Made by a program: the position numbers and the translations under genes | The notes under the pieces: model-generated | Databases searched by the model: none | What the model was told of the DNA's origin: nothing | The model's input: the letters and a program-made list of their open reading frames with translations, nothing else | Shown: in pieces, positions 20,109 through 30,982 of the stretch | Layout of the letters: every line of letters starts with the position of its first letter | Position numbering within the stretch: position 1 is the stretch's first letter | Source of the DNA: Epithemia pelagica | Taxonomy: Eukaryota > Protista > Bacillariophyta | Assembly (NCBI GenBank): GCA_946965045.2 | Contig: OX337240.1 | Location: forward strand, 744,001 to 808,000 | DNA: 64,000 bases | Reading direction: 5' to 3'

Positions 20109-23100
20109 GACCAAATCTTTGGTGGATTGTCGCTTTGGAGTTTGGCCCTGAAGGACGATTCCTTGATACCACAAGTCGATCCAGTTCGTCAGTGGCAGAC
20201 AATCAAATTGTTGAGTCATGGTGCGTGGCTTGGAGCTGACCTTACAAGACGAAAGACCCCTTGGAAACTGATGTTGCGACAAAGCATGGTTGCAGCAGCC
20301 AATTTTGGACAACTGAAAAGTTTTCAAGCCGTCACTGTCCCGTTGGACCAGGTTGATTGTTCTGGTTTGAATAGTGAGACCATTGGCGAATTGTCACGTC
20401 GCATGACGGTGTACATGAGCCAACGAGAACAAGATATGCTCCCCATTGTGATCGATTCCGGAGCATCCAAATCGTTGACGCCAAATCTCCAAGACTTCGT
20501 CGGACCAATTCAACCGGCCGAAATCTCATCGTTGAATGGATTGTCTGGAACGACAGCAGTCCGAGGTTTTGGCACGGTCCAATGGATGGTGAGAGACGTT
20601 ATGGGGGTAGCTCGAACGATCAAGACGAAAGCATACTACGTACCAGAAGCCTCGATTCGCTTGTTCAGCCCGCAAACGTTCTTTCAAGAGCAGCAAGCTG
20701 GAAAACTGGTACTCGACCACAAGAAAACGCAGTTGCAAATCCCAGATGGGACATGGTTAGAATTTCCATATAACTCCAGTAGTAATCTTCCCTTTATGCT
20801 CACAGGGAATGTGAATCACATGGGACTTACCTTCGAAGATGCAACGATGCTGGGTGATGGATATTCCGTCAAGTCGGCCTTGTCCACGGCAAATCACAGT
20901 GGCTTGATGAATGTGGCCGACGAGACTAACCAGAACTTGACGGCATCGCAAAAGGAGCTCTTGCTGTGGCACTGGAAGCTTGGCCATGCCAACATGCAAT
21001 GGATTCAGACGCTCTGTCGAGATCCAAAAGCAAACAGTCGACGGTTAGTGTTGGAGACAAAAGAAGCAAAGACAACAAGTTGCGTCATACCTTTATGCGC
21101 CGCTTGTATGCTCGGGAAGCAACATCGCCGGACGCCTCATTCGAATCACGGTGGATTGGTGGATGGGAAAGACAGTATGCTCAAGAGGGAGCACCTTCAA
21201 CCAGGAGATTGTGTTTCGATTGATCAATACGAATCCACGATTCGTGGCCGTCTTCCTCACACGTATGGCAAAGAGAGGACCGAAGAACAGTATAGAGGGG
21301 GAACTCTGTTTGTCGATCATGCCTCTGGCATGATCTTCTTGGCAAACCAAGTGTCCCTTCGCGTTGGTGAGACGATCAGTTCGAAGAAGAAGTTTGAGCG
21401 GTTCGCGGATGAATACGGTGTCAAGATACGAGAGTACCGCGCCGATAATGCTCCGTTTGGCCGAGAAGAATTTCTGAACCATGTACACGGAAATGGTCAA
21501 CGTATCAGCTTCTCAGGCGTTGGGGCACATCACCAGAATGGAGTCGCGGAAAGGGCAGTAAAGACCACGATGTCTTGGGCCCGTACTATGTTACTACACG
21601 CGACCATTCACTGGCCCGAGCAAATGCACTTGCACCTTTGGCCCTTTGCCGTTGAGCACGCCGTCTGGCTATGGAACCACCTTCCGAATCGCCGGACGAA
21701 CATCGCTCCACTCGAAATCTTCTCTGGCATCACATTCTCCGATTTTCACCACCTTCAGCGGAGTCACGTATGGGGATGTCCTGTGTATGTCCTGGACCCC
21801 AAGCTTCAAGACGGCAAGAAGTTGCCTAAATGGCAAGCCAAGGCACGACGTGGTCAGTTTCTTGGGATCTCGCCCGACCATTCTACTACTGTTGGTCGCA
21901 TACTCAATCTTCGTTCGGGATTCATCAGCTCACAATATCATGTGGTCTACGATGATTTATTTTCTACGGTCCCTAATGCCGATTCTGGCGGACTCTTAGA
22001 TGAGCCAAATTTGAACGGTGACTTTTGGCAACGCCTGCTAGCGGCGGGCACTGAATCTAACCTGCCTGACGAGGATGATGATGATGGTACTTTGGAGCTT
22101 GGAGACGAGTGGATGACCGATTCCGAGATTGCGGAACGGCATGCCCGACGTCAGTCACGTCCTCCTCGTCCCTTGCCCACTCCTCCTTTACCCATTGTTC
22201 CTGTTCCACCGTCTGTTGACGGGGGGAGAGGCCGAGCCACAAGGAACCATGTCCGATTCCAACCTCCACTGGAACAGCCAACAGAGCGAGGGCAAGAACC
22301 AGAACCACCTGCAGAACCCGGTGAATTGCCAAGTCAAGATCAAACAGGTGGATTGTTGCCTCCAGAGGGAGCTTCAAATGGTGAATTGTTGCCTCCAGAG
22401 GGAGAAGCCGACGAAGCAGAACATGAGATCGTTTTCGAAGACGACTCCGACGATGACAGCACGACAAGACAAGAAGAGATTGAACGCCGTAATAGGCATT
22501 TTGCCGAACCCGATCCAGAATCACATGGGAGAGGCAAAAGAGAACGTCGTCCCAATCGTCACTTGTTCGATGAGCGATTGTGGGCATCGACTGCTTACTT
22601 TCCTCGTGGGTCAACAAGGCCAAAGCAAAAAGTGAGACGAGAGCTGTTAAATGCACAGTTCCTCCAATCCCTTACCTGGGACACTCTGACCAGCGCAATC
22701 GCGTCCAAATCCAAAGACCTATTGGCAATGGACCTGTGGCTGGATCGTCATACGGATCCGGACACACGCTGGATTGAAGAGATGCATCCTATGGCATTGG
22801 CAACCAAGGCCGATGCTGCAGACAATCCTTCATGGGAACAAGCCATGAACGGTCCCGATAAAGACGGGTACTGGGAGGCTTGCAAGAAAGAATACAACAC
22901 GCTTCATGAGAAGATGAAAGCATGGGAAGTCGTGGCAAGAGAGACATGGATGAATGTCTTACCTGGCACATGGGCGTTCAAGTGCAAACGGTATCCCGAT
23001 GGATCCGTACGCAAATTGAAAGCACGGTTTTGTGCACGGGGGGACAAACAAGTTGAAGGCGTCGATTTCTTCGACACGTTTGCACCCGTTGTGAATTGGA

Positions 23101-24452
23101 CGACTGTGCGCCTGATGATGATTCTTTCCATCATTTTGAATCTGTCCACGGTACAAGTGGATTACACGGCAGCATTTGTACATGCGCCGATTGACAAGGA
23201 TCCCAATTGGGATAAGATGACAGAAGCAGAACAAAAGAAAAGTGGCGTGTATGTTGAGATGCCGAGAGGGTTTGCGCAACCAGGGAAAGTCTTGAAACTT
23301 ACACGATCGTTGTATGGCCTAAAGCAGGCGCCACGCAACTTCTTCCTTCATCTGAAAAGCAAATTGGAACAAGTCGGACTCAAGTCGCAGGAACACATCG
23401 ATCCGTGCCTGTTTATGTCCGACAAAATCATCGTGCTGGTCTATGTGGACGACACATTGATTTACAGCCCCAAACGCGAGTGGATTGATGAGTTTCTTGG
23501 GAAACTCCAGAATCAACAAAACGTGACACTCGAGATCGAAGACAGTGTAGCCGGATTTCTCGGCGTACACATTGAACGCAACGATAGTGATGGTACTATC
23601 ACGTTGACGCAGAAGGGCCTTATCAAGCGAATTGTAGAGGCTCTCCAACTTGGAGACAAACCCATGAAAAGGACACCAGCATCGAAGGATCCTCTGGTGG
23701 CAAACAAAAATGGGACTCCAGCACAGTGCAAATTCAGCTATCCAAGCGTTATTGGAATGCTGCAATACTTGCAAGCACATTCAAGACCCGACATCACATA
23801 TGCCGTCAGTCAATGTGCACGATACACCCATGATCCTAAGACAACACACGAAGAAGCGTTAGAGAGGATTGGGCAATATCTGAAAGGAACAATGGAGAAA
23901 GGGCTCATTCTCCGTCCAACTTACGACAATCTCAACGTTGATTGTTACGTTGATGCAGACTTCGCGGGTCTGTGGCCACATGAGGATAAGATGGATCCGT
24001 CATGTGTCAAGAGCCGAACTGGGTTTGCCATCTGCATCGCAAACTGTCCAGTTATTTGGCAAAGCAAGTTGCAATCGGATATTGCAACATCAACAATGGA
24101 GGCGGAATACACAGCGCTCAGTGTGGCGATGAAATCTGTGTTGCCTCTTTTGGATCTTTTGAAAACTGTGGCACGAGGTGTCGGCATGACAGAAGATCAG
24201 AGAACGAAATTCAAGACCACAGTGTGGGAAGATAACAATGGTGCCCTGACGCTCGCGAATATGGAGCCGGGCAGGTTTACACCAAGATCAAAGTTCTATG
24301 CGATACGAATGCACTGGTTTCGATCGCACTTAAAGCCAAATCGAGTCACGGTTGAAAAGATCGAGACATCGAAACAACGGGCAGACATCATGACAAAGGG
24401 TCTGACGAAAGATACATTTGAAACAATTCGGAAGCTACTGTGTGGATGGTAG
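20109..24452 (+). CDS. pol: Pol of copia A (protease, integrase, RT, RNase H)
   Basis: IVIDSGAS; WHWKLGH..C..C; SIDQ/ADN/AER integrase triad; KARFCARG, LYGLKQAP, YVDD; YVDADFAG, WEDN, ADIMTK. Confidence 0.95.
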   Translation, partial: DQIFGGLSLWSLALKDDSLIPQVDPVRQWQTIKLLSHGAWLGADLTRRKTPWKLMLRQSMVAAANFGQLKSFQAVTVPLDQVDCSGLNSETIGELSRRMTVYMSQREQDMLPIVIDSGASKSLTPNLQDFVGPIQPAEISSLNGLSGTTAVRGFGTVQWMVRDVMGVARTIKTKAYYVPEASIRLFSPQTFFQEQQAGKLVLDHKKTQLQIPDGTWLEFPYNSSSNLPFMLTGNVNHMGLTFEDATMLGDGYSVKSALSTANHSGLMNVADETNQNLTASQKELLLWHWKLGHANMQWIQTLCRDPKANSRRLVLETKEAKTTSCVIPLCAACMLGKQHRRTPHSNHGGLVDGKDSMLKREHLQPGDCVSIDQYESTIRGRLPHTYGKERTEEQYRGGTLFVDHASGMIFLANQVSLRVGETISSKKKFERFADEYGVKIREYRADNAPFGREEFLNHVHGNGQRISFSGVGAHHQNGVAERAVKTTMSWARTMLLHATIHWPEQMHLHLWPFAVEHAVWLWNHLPNRRTNIAPLEIFSGITFSDFHHLQRSHVWGCPVYVLDPKLQDGKKLPKWQAKARRGQFLGISPDHSTTVGRILNLRSGFISSQYHVVYDDLFSTVPNADSGGLLDEPNLNGDFWQRLLAAGTESNLPDEDDDDGTLELGDEWMTDSEIAERHARRQSRPPRPLPTPPLPIVPVPPSVDGGRGRATRNHVRFQPPLEQPTERGQEPEPPAEPGELPSQDQTGGLLPPEGASNGELLPPEGEADEAEHEIVFEDDSDDDSTTRQEEIERRNRHFAEPDPESHGRGKRERRPNRHLFDERLWASTAYFPRGSTRPKQKVRRELLNAQFLQSLTWDTLTSAIASKSKDLLAMDLWLDRHTDPDTRWIEEMHPMALATKADAADNPSWEQAMNGPDKDGYWEACKKEYNTLHEKMKAWEVVARETWMNVLPGTWAFKCKRYPDGSVRKLKARFCARGDKQVEGVDFFDTFAPVVNWTTVRLMMILSIILNLSTVQVDYTAAFVHAPIDKDPNWDKMTEAEQKKSGVYVEMPRGFAQPGKVLKLTRSLYGLKQAPRNFFLHLKSKLEQVGLKSQEHIDPCLFMSDKIIVLVYVDDTLIYSPKREWIDEFLGKLQNQQNVTLEIEDSVAGFLGVHIERNDSDGTITLTQKGLIKRIVEALQLGDKPMKRTPASKDPLVANKNGTPAQCKFSYPSVIGMLQYLQAHSRPDITYAVSQCARYTHDPKTTHEEALERIGQYLKGTMEKGLILRPTYDNLNVDCYVDADFAGLWPHEDKMDPSCVKSRTGFAICIANCPVIWQSKLQSDIATSTMEAEYTALSVAMKSVLPLLDLLKTVARGVGMTEDQRTKFKTTVWEDNNGALTLANMEPGRFTPRSKFYAIRMHWFRSHLKPNRVTVEKIETSKQRADIMTKGLTKDTFETIRKLLCGW

Positions 24453-24468
24453 CCGAGATATTGCGCTT

Positions 24469-24477
24469 GAGAGGGAG
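24469..24477 (+). promoter_or_regulatory. Polypurine tract of copia A
   Basis: GAGAGGGAG immediately before the 3' LTR. Confidence 0.8.
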
Positions 24478-25059
24478 TGCGAGTATAGCTAGGGTAGCAA
24501 GCTTATACTCGGCAACAAGACTCATCAATCACGAATGATGAGCGACGTAAATAAGACTGTTTCCATTGTGGGCAGGGATATTTCAGAGGGGTCCCAATTT
24601 GAGTTCGTTACATAGATCAACTCGTCTTTGAATGCTCTTTCGATTGGTTCAATATATGCCTCGCCAAATTAAGATATACACTTTGAAATATTGGACTAAA
24701 GTATGGCCGGAAAAATTTTAGTACTCAAAACCCTAATGTGAGATGTGCTAGAAGGTACGTAAAAACGGTACTGCAGTCGCGCACGTGAATGACAATAGGG
24801 GTATATAGCGCGCATACCGCGCAAAACTTTCAAGCTTGATTTCTCGAAAAGTGGATTTTTCAAATATCCCTGGTGACGATGGAATCAGTCTTAAATGTGA
24901 ACGAGTGGATGGAATGACTCATCCAAAAGATATTGAAGAAAAGATCCAAGTGAATTTAGTGAGAATTTAGGACTAACATAATAGTGATTATCAGAATAAG
25001 TATCCTTTTTACGGATTGTTCAATGGGAAAGAGACCGCCGTTCTTTTCCACTACTCGCA
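24478..25059 (+). repeat. 3' LTR of copia A, interrupted by a 340-bp insertion
   Basis: 238 + 340 + 4 = 582 bp; both halves match the 5' LTR exactly. Confidence 0.95.
24553..24892. mobile_element. MITE nested in the 3' LTR
   Basis: Imperfect TIRs of about 31 bp, AAGACTG(T/A)TTCCAT(T/C)GT...CAGGGATATTT, with a duplicated AAAT target (24549-52 and 24893-96); absent from the 5' LTR. Confidence 0.9.
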
Positions 25060-25659
25060 TAATCAATGATAAGGTTAACGGGACCAAACCATCAACGTAC
25101 GACGTACGGACTCAATGCACGGCATACTATATTCACGGGATAAGGAGGCAACTTGTGCAACTTGAGGCAACCGAGGTGATCAAGCTCTTTGCAACAAGTT
25201 GGCTGTAGTAGGCTGCAGACAATAGGAGTTGAGTTGCTTTGGACAACTTTCTTATATTGTGAGCTTTTACCTAAAATGGGTCCTTGTCCACAAGCGAAGC
25301 GATGCTCCACACTCCGCATAGTACATGGAGTGAAATTTCCGGCGGGGGAGATGTTCCGTTCGTTAGACGTCTCTTCACGTTTTGACGTTGGCTCTGGGTG
25401 TTGTCGGGAGTATATTCGGAGAGTTATAGGTGACATAGCTACCTAGGTTGGTGACGCAGTTGGTTTCGCAGTCGGCATTTACTTTTGTGCCTGAAAACAG
25501 AGTCACCTTGGTCTTCCACCAGCAAATCCTTGATCGAGACAAACTAAGCTACGGATACATGAGCAAGTAGGGTCATAGCTATATACGGAGACCAACAACA
25601 CTTACGTTGTTTATAACCTTATGAAACAGAATCAATGGTCCAGCTGTGACAACCTGTGG

Positions 25660-27929
25660 CTAGAGTTCATCGGCCGATTGGTCCAGATTTCGAGTTGGCA
25701 CGTCGAGATGGTGTGGGTGAGAAACCTGTGGCCTCTCATCGATTTCTTCATAAGTCCGAGCCCCCCGTTCTTTCAAAAACGCCACGACTGCATCTCCTTG
25801 GTCCAAAATTTCCGGGTCCTCGACATCGGCATCGACATACCAGTAATCCCAGGCCCAATCCAAGGGTGTTGCATACCATTCCTCCTCCTCTTCTTCTTCT
25901 TCGTCTTCGTTGTCCGACTCGCACACCATATTCACATTGTAGTTTAGCATGTCGATCAAAAACTCCAACACAAACAAAGCGCTGGTAGAGGGAAATTCCA
26001 TTCGTTCGTAAATGGCGGCTTGCATGACGTTGCATCGATAATCGGATAGGAGGTCGTCGGTCGAAAGGGCCGTTTCTTCTTCATGTGCATCCTTCAAGTC
26101 GTTTCGAGTTTGCGCATTGTTGTGTAGCAGGTAACTCCATACATAATCATGCACATGCAACATTTCATCGTCGTCGTTCGGAACCTGGTGATCTGGGTGA
26201 TCGTAAAAGGTACGGCGGACATCTTTGGGTGTCTGCCGTTGTTTTGGACTACTGCGGGAATAGTCTGGACAAACCATGTTGAGATCGTATTCCAACACTT
26301 CAAACAGAAAGGCCATGAGATCCTGAGCCGCCAGGAGAATCTCCTCCTCTTCTTCTTCGTCCCATACCAAACTACCGCCATTGTACCGAAACACGACAAG
26401 ACGCAAGACATCGCAACGGTCGTCCGCAACTTGTTCTTGTTCGGGATGTTGAGCAATAAGGTCCGTGTAGTGCAACGCACCATTCGACCGCAAATACTCC
26501 ACCATTGGATCGTCGTGGTCCTCAAACTGTCGTTCGGCCGAATCCAAGGGCGTTCGTGCGGAACAGACCATATTAATGTTGTAGCCGAGTTGAGTGACAA
26601 AATAGTCCACGACGGAAATTTGCCGCGTGCGCATCGCGGCCAACAACAGTCGACATTGTTTGCCTGGCAAGGTCGTGTCGGCATGCAAGACGGAACTGTC
26701 GCGTTGTGCCACATATTGCAAGGTATACAAATCTCCTCGTCGGGCCAACAATTCTAAATCCTGCAACAAGGTCCATCCCTGCGGAAACCTGTCCACATAG
26801 GTTTCCTGGGCCCAGTCCGATTCTGGTATCAGGTAGGGTGGCAAGCTTCCTGGTTCCGGCAAGGGTTCTGTCGAATCCTTGTCTCCCATGGGTTCAAAAT
26901 GTACAAAGATATTGGCATAGTACTTGCCCTTGAGGGGAAAGGGTCGTCCGTGAATGACGGAATGGCTTTCGTACAGTACCATATCCCCTGGAAGCATGGT
27001 CACATTGGTAGCCTTGCCGTCGTGGCCATAGACTTCCAACACCCAATCTTCTTCGACGTCTTGAGCCACATTGATAATGGCCGAGGAGACTGAATGTACA
27101 GCAAATCACAACCACAAACCTGTGAGTAAGAAAAAGACAACCAGTCACATGCACCAAACTACTGGTCGTCGTCTACAAGAAGGAGCAACGTACCCAGTGG
27201 CAATCGATCCACATGCGGTGTCAAAATGGATTGATTGTGATACAATCGAATGCCATAGACCGAACTTCCGGCCAAGGTTTGTCCCGTCCAGTCTTCCAAA
27301 ATATCCCGAGCGGCATTCCAGACGGCCGCACTCAAATTCCATCCTCCTCCAATAAAGTGATCGAGTTCCGTTTTGAGCAGAGACGTAGGGACTTCCCACG
27401 TATTTTGAAAGGGCGAAACATCGTCCGATTCCAAGACCTCACGGCCCTTGTTGGCCTCCCAAAAATCGGACAGCAATTGAAACAAGGCGGGAGGCGCACG
27501 AATCTTGCGAAAGCCGGTCGACGTGTAATTAATAACGGCGGGTGGTTGCCGAACATTCATGTGCAAACGGGCGTCTTCGGTCGATCGACAATGGGGGTCC
27601 AAGTCGACACATTCTTTCATAAATTTGTCATAGCGCGCTTGATGTTCCGGATGCGACAAGTGAGGAGACGAGACGGCCCATGAAAAATCGTCAAAGGGCG
27701 TGTACACGAATGGATTTGTCAACGTCTGGTTGTTGGCGTGGCTGTGGGAGACGGTCGATGGGGTGTCAACTTCGGCTTCCACGGAAAGATGTACATGAGA
27801 CGACGAAGTCGTATCATCCTTGTGAACACTCGTGACTCCAGTCCAGGAAGTCGATACCAAAAGCAACCAAAGGAACCTCCGTCGGTTCCGCTTGGTCGAA
27901 CAACTACCAGCTTGTTCGGTTGCCATCAT
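25660..27929 (-). CDS. Secreted 2OG-Fe(II) oxygenase (prolyl-4-hydroxylase-like) with ankyrin-like repeats, complement(join(25660..27089,27194..27929))
   Basis: Signal peptide; YGIRLY..SIL.PHVDRLPLVSSAIINVAQ, GDMVLYESHSVIHGRPFPL.G.YYANIFVHF; intron 27090..27193 restores the frame (722 codons). Confidence 0.85.
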
Positions 27930-28704
27930 CTTCCAGCGTTTGGCAAAGAGGAGGAATCAATGAAGCTTCAATCTGGCCACTGGATTTGTGGGACTTGAAA
28001 CGTATCTCCTTGCCATGAACTACGGCAAGCCAAGGTCCTGAAAGTTCGCGTTTTTGTCAATATTGATCATCTCCCTTGTGGCTTGTGGATCCATATAGTG
28101 CATCGACTCGGATGCAGGAGGACATTCCAAAATGGCGCGAACACGAGCAAAAATGTCCAATGGCGAGTCTGTTGTGGGGTTGGGATATGAAAGGTCTTCA
28201 CGCCGGCCATGCATATGTTCCGCGCTTGCCACCCCGGGTTAGGCCCCGAACCGGAAACGCATCGGTCGACTGTATGGGTTCCTTCTTGGATTTTCGTGGG
28301 AACAACTATGCATTCTATGTATGTGTACGCCGTATGCCATCATCCTCTAGGAGTCGTTGTTAGAGGCAATTCTTACACTTTTTACTACCTAGGACTTAGG
28401 TAGCAGTACTCTAGTTTTTATCATCAGATGATTGTTCTTGATTGGTCCAGTCCATCCACCATCCACCATGGTGAGGAGTAAAACAACTTTCACTATAGGC
28501 TATGGACTGCTAGAAGATTAAGACGAGCTATCGCGTGCACGATTATCGAGACCTGCAGTCCATAGAAATAGAAAACCAGAAAGGCGTTGAGCAACTATTG
28601 AAGTTCCTCGGTATGCAGCTGTTTGTGGTTTGTGGGCCTCTCGCGTGTGTCCCGTTGTGTTTGGAACGTGGGATTGGTTGCGGTTGAGAGCTACGACAAG
28701 ACCA

Positions 28705-28792
28705 GCCGCCTTGGTCGAATGGTTCGGGCCTTTGCTCATGATGGTCTCGGTTCCTAAGTGTCCAGGGTTCGAGTCCGCTGTGATAAGGTAGT
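28705..28792 (+). other. Degenerate tRNA-like sequence / Pol III A and B boxes (possible tRNA pseudogene or SINE head)
   Basis: A-box TGGTCGAATGG at 28712-22 and B-box GGTTCGAGTCC at 28766-76; stems are imperfect. Confidence 0.4.
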
Positions 28793-29632
28793 TGGGATGG
28801 CTAGGTGTGGGGCCCGAAAAAACGGTTCGTCTGTTCGTCTATGTGGCCCCTTGTTACAAGCGGGCTGTCCCCCCGCTCCCCCGAGTGTCATGGCGCCAGG
28901 GCAGTCGGTCGGCGTCACGTTGCGACGTGCGTGCGGCAGCTGGAAGAATAGATCTCAAATCTCAACCCTTTTTAATAGGTCGACCATGGCACGCAAATCG
29001 GACGTGCGCGGCATATAGTCAATCGTCGCCGGGGTGCGCCTTGAGTACCCTTGTTCTGACCATGCCTAAGACTTTCCCATTCCCAGGCGCCACCCAGCGA
29101 CAATTGATTATATCATCCGTCATTCGGGATCACCCTTTTTCCATTTCACCACGAAGGAAGCCAAAAAAATGTGGGGAGCCCTGTCAGAAGACTAAATTTT
29201 ACTATAGTAGTGTAAAAGGTTCGTATACACGCGCGCGCACGAGAGAAATAGTGTGGGGCATAAAAAATACAAATGTGAGGATGCGTGTCACAATGGGAGC
29301 GCCCATCAGTGCAAGTGTGCGTTTCAGGAAGTTCCCCCGGCGCGCACAACAGAGTCAATCTGTGCGACCAGCATGGGACGACAGGCCAGTGTCATATATT
29401 TTATGTATTGTATTATTAAGATATGGGGAAATTTCATATCACGTGTTTGAAAAGCCCCTCTAGGGAATTCCCCCGGCGCGCACAAACAGTAGCCAACCCT
29501 CAACATCATACCTCTCACAACTTTTCTCCGTCGCCCCTCTTCTCGGTTGATCTGTTCCTCTCACACCAAGACAACTACTTCTTGAGTTGTTCATTCTCCG
29601 TGTGGGTCCAAGAACGAGATACAGCAGGAGGG

Positions 29633-30691
29633 ATGCCTGTCCCCCGAAAACGGGTGGCCTTTGGTGTTGTGGCAGCCGCTGCATTTCTTCATGTCGCGAC
29701 TCTAATGATACAACAATCCTGGTTCCTGTCGTCCATCATCATAAGTAATGGCGTAGGATCGGGTGACTGCGGAGAAATGCCTGCCGTTCACGACCAGGTA
29801 GAGGATCTCCAACCTTTGGTCGGGTCGTCGTTACAGACAGATGATCCCGTACAGGATGGTTCATCGATCTAGTCTTCCCCGACAGTCCCATTTACCGTGT
29901 ACGGCCATTTGCATTATGCCAAAACGGGAGGTTCGACCATCAACGGCATGTTGGCGGCCAAGTACGAACGCGTGTGTGGGCACAAGGGATACAGCTACGA
30001 TGCTTACCAGTTCAACAAAGGAGTGGAGCAGCAAATGCAACAGCAAAATGTCAGCGCCATTGATTCCTCATCAGCCGGAGGCAATGATGTCATTCGAAAA
30101 TCATACAGAAAGAATTGGAATCGAGGACGAGTACCTCCGCGTGTCATGGATGAAATTGGTTACGAAAATTGCGATTACATTAGCTTGGAAGATAGTTGGT
30201 CTGCTTGGAATCGAATGGATGACATTTGGAATTTTGAACTTCATGTTCCCTGTCGTGATCCAATCGATCACCTCCTGTCCCAGTGCAACCACCAAAGAAA
30301 AACATTTGACTGTCAAGCGAATGATGTAGCAAAGGAAGTTCAATCCTGTTTTGTCGAACCCAACCGATTTGGTCCCAAATTGGTACAGAAACACCAACCA
30401 CACTTCAAGAACCATTCGGTCAAATGTTTCAATCCGATTCCGGTGCAGCCATATTTGGCCTACATGGATCAGCGTCTCCAACACAAACGCATGCCGGCAG
30501 TTTATATGAGTCGCTCTACCAATCAAAAGCGTCACCAAGCAAGAGAATGTTTGTATCATGAAAACAACACTGAGATTGCCAACAAGGTTAGGCAATACTT
30601 GGTGCAAAAGGTTCCGTATTATCGATGGTGTCATCAATGTTTGATGGACCCTGACAAGAACTTACTGTTCCATGTTAATACAAAGGGATGA
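29633..30691 (+). CDS. Type II membrane sulfotransferase-like protein; in-frame TAG at 29870-72 (possible intron 29798..29872 or nonsense)
   Basis: N-terminal TM helix in the same frame as ORF 29897..30691 with HLHYAKTGGSTI (PAPS-loop-like) and PCRDP. Confidence 0.65.
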
Positions 30692-30982
30692 GGACAGATC
30701 AAGAACGAATCATAACACGAGAAAGAATCTGTCATTCTACAATGTCAATCGACTAAAGTTCTGGTGCACGTCATCATTGATTGCAAGAAGTAAAAAGAAC
30801 CACCATGACGAAAGGCATACATGACGAGAGATAGCAGTACCTCTTGTTCCTCATCCCCAGCAATCAAAACTAGCCAAATACATTTTATTCTACGTGTAGT
30901 ATGTGGATTTGGCACGGGGTTGTCGTACCAAAGCAATAAAAAACGAACCACTTTACCTCCTCCAGAAAACATCCCACTACAT

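Larger units (their letters stand above)
17549..25059 (+). mobile_element. Ty1/copia LTR retrotransposon A (CoDi-like), full length
   Basis: TG..CA LTRs of 238 bp, identical apart from a MITE insertion; 5-bp TSD TAATC (17544-48 and 25060-64); PBS, PPT, gag with CCHC knuckle, and PR-IN-RT-RH domain order. Confidence 0.97.

Noticed and set aside
28500-28565. 11-bp inverted repeat CTATGGACTGC/GCAGTCCATAG
   Set aside because: No TSD or second copy; insufficient for a MITE or ncRNA call.
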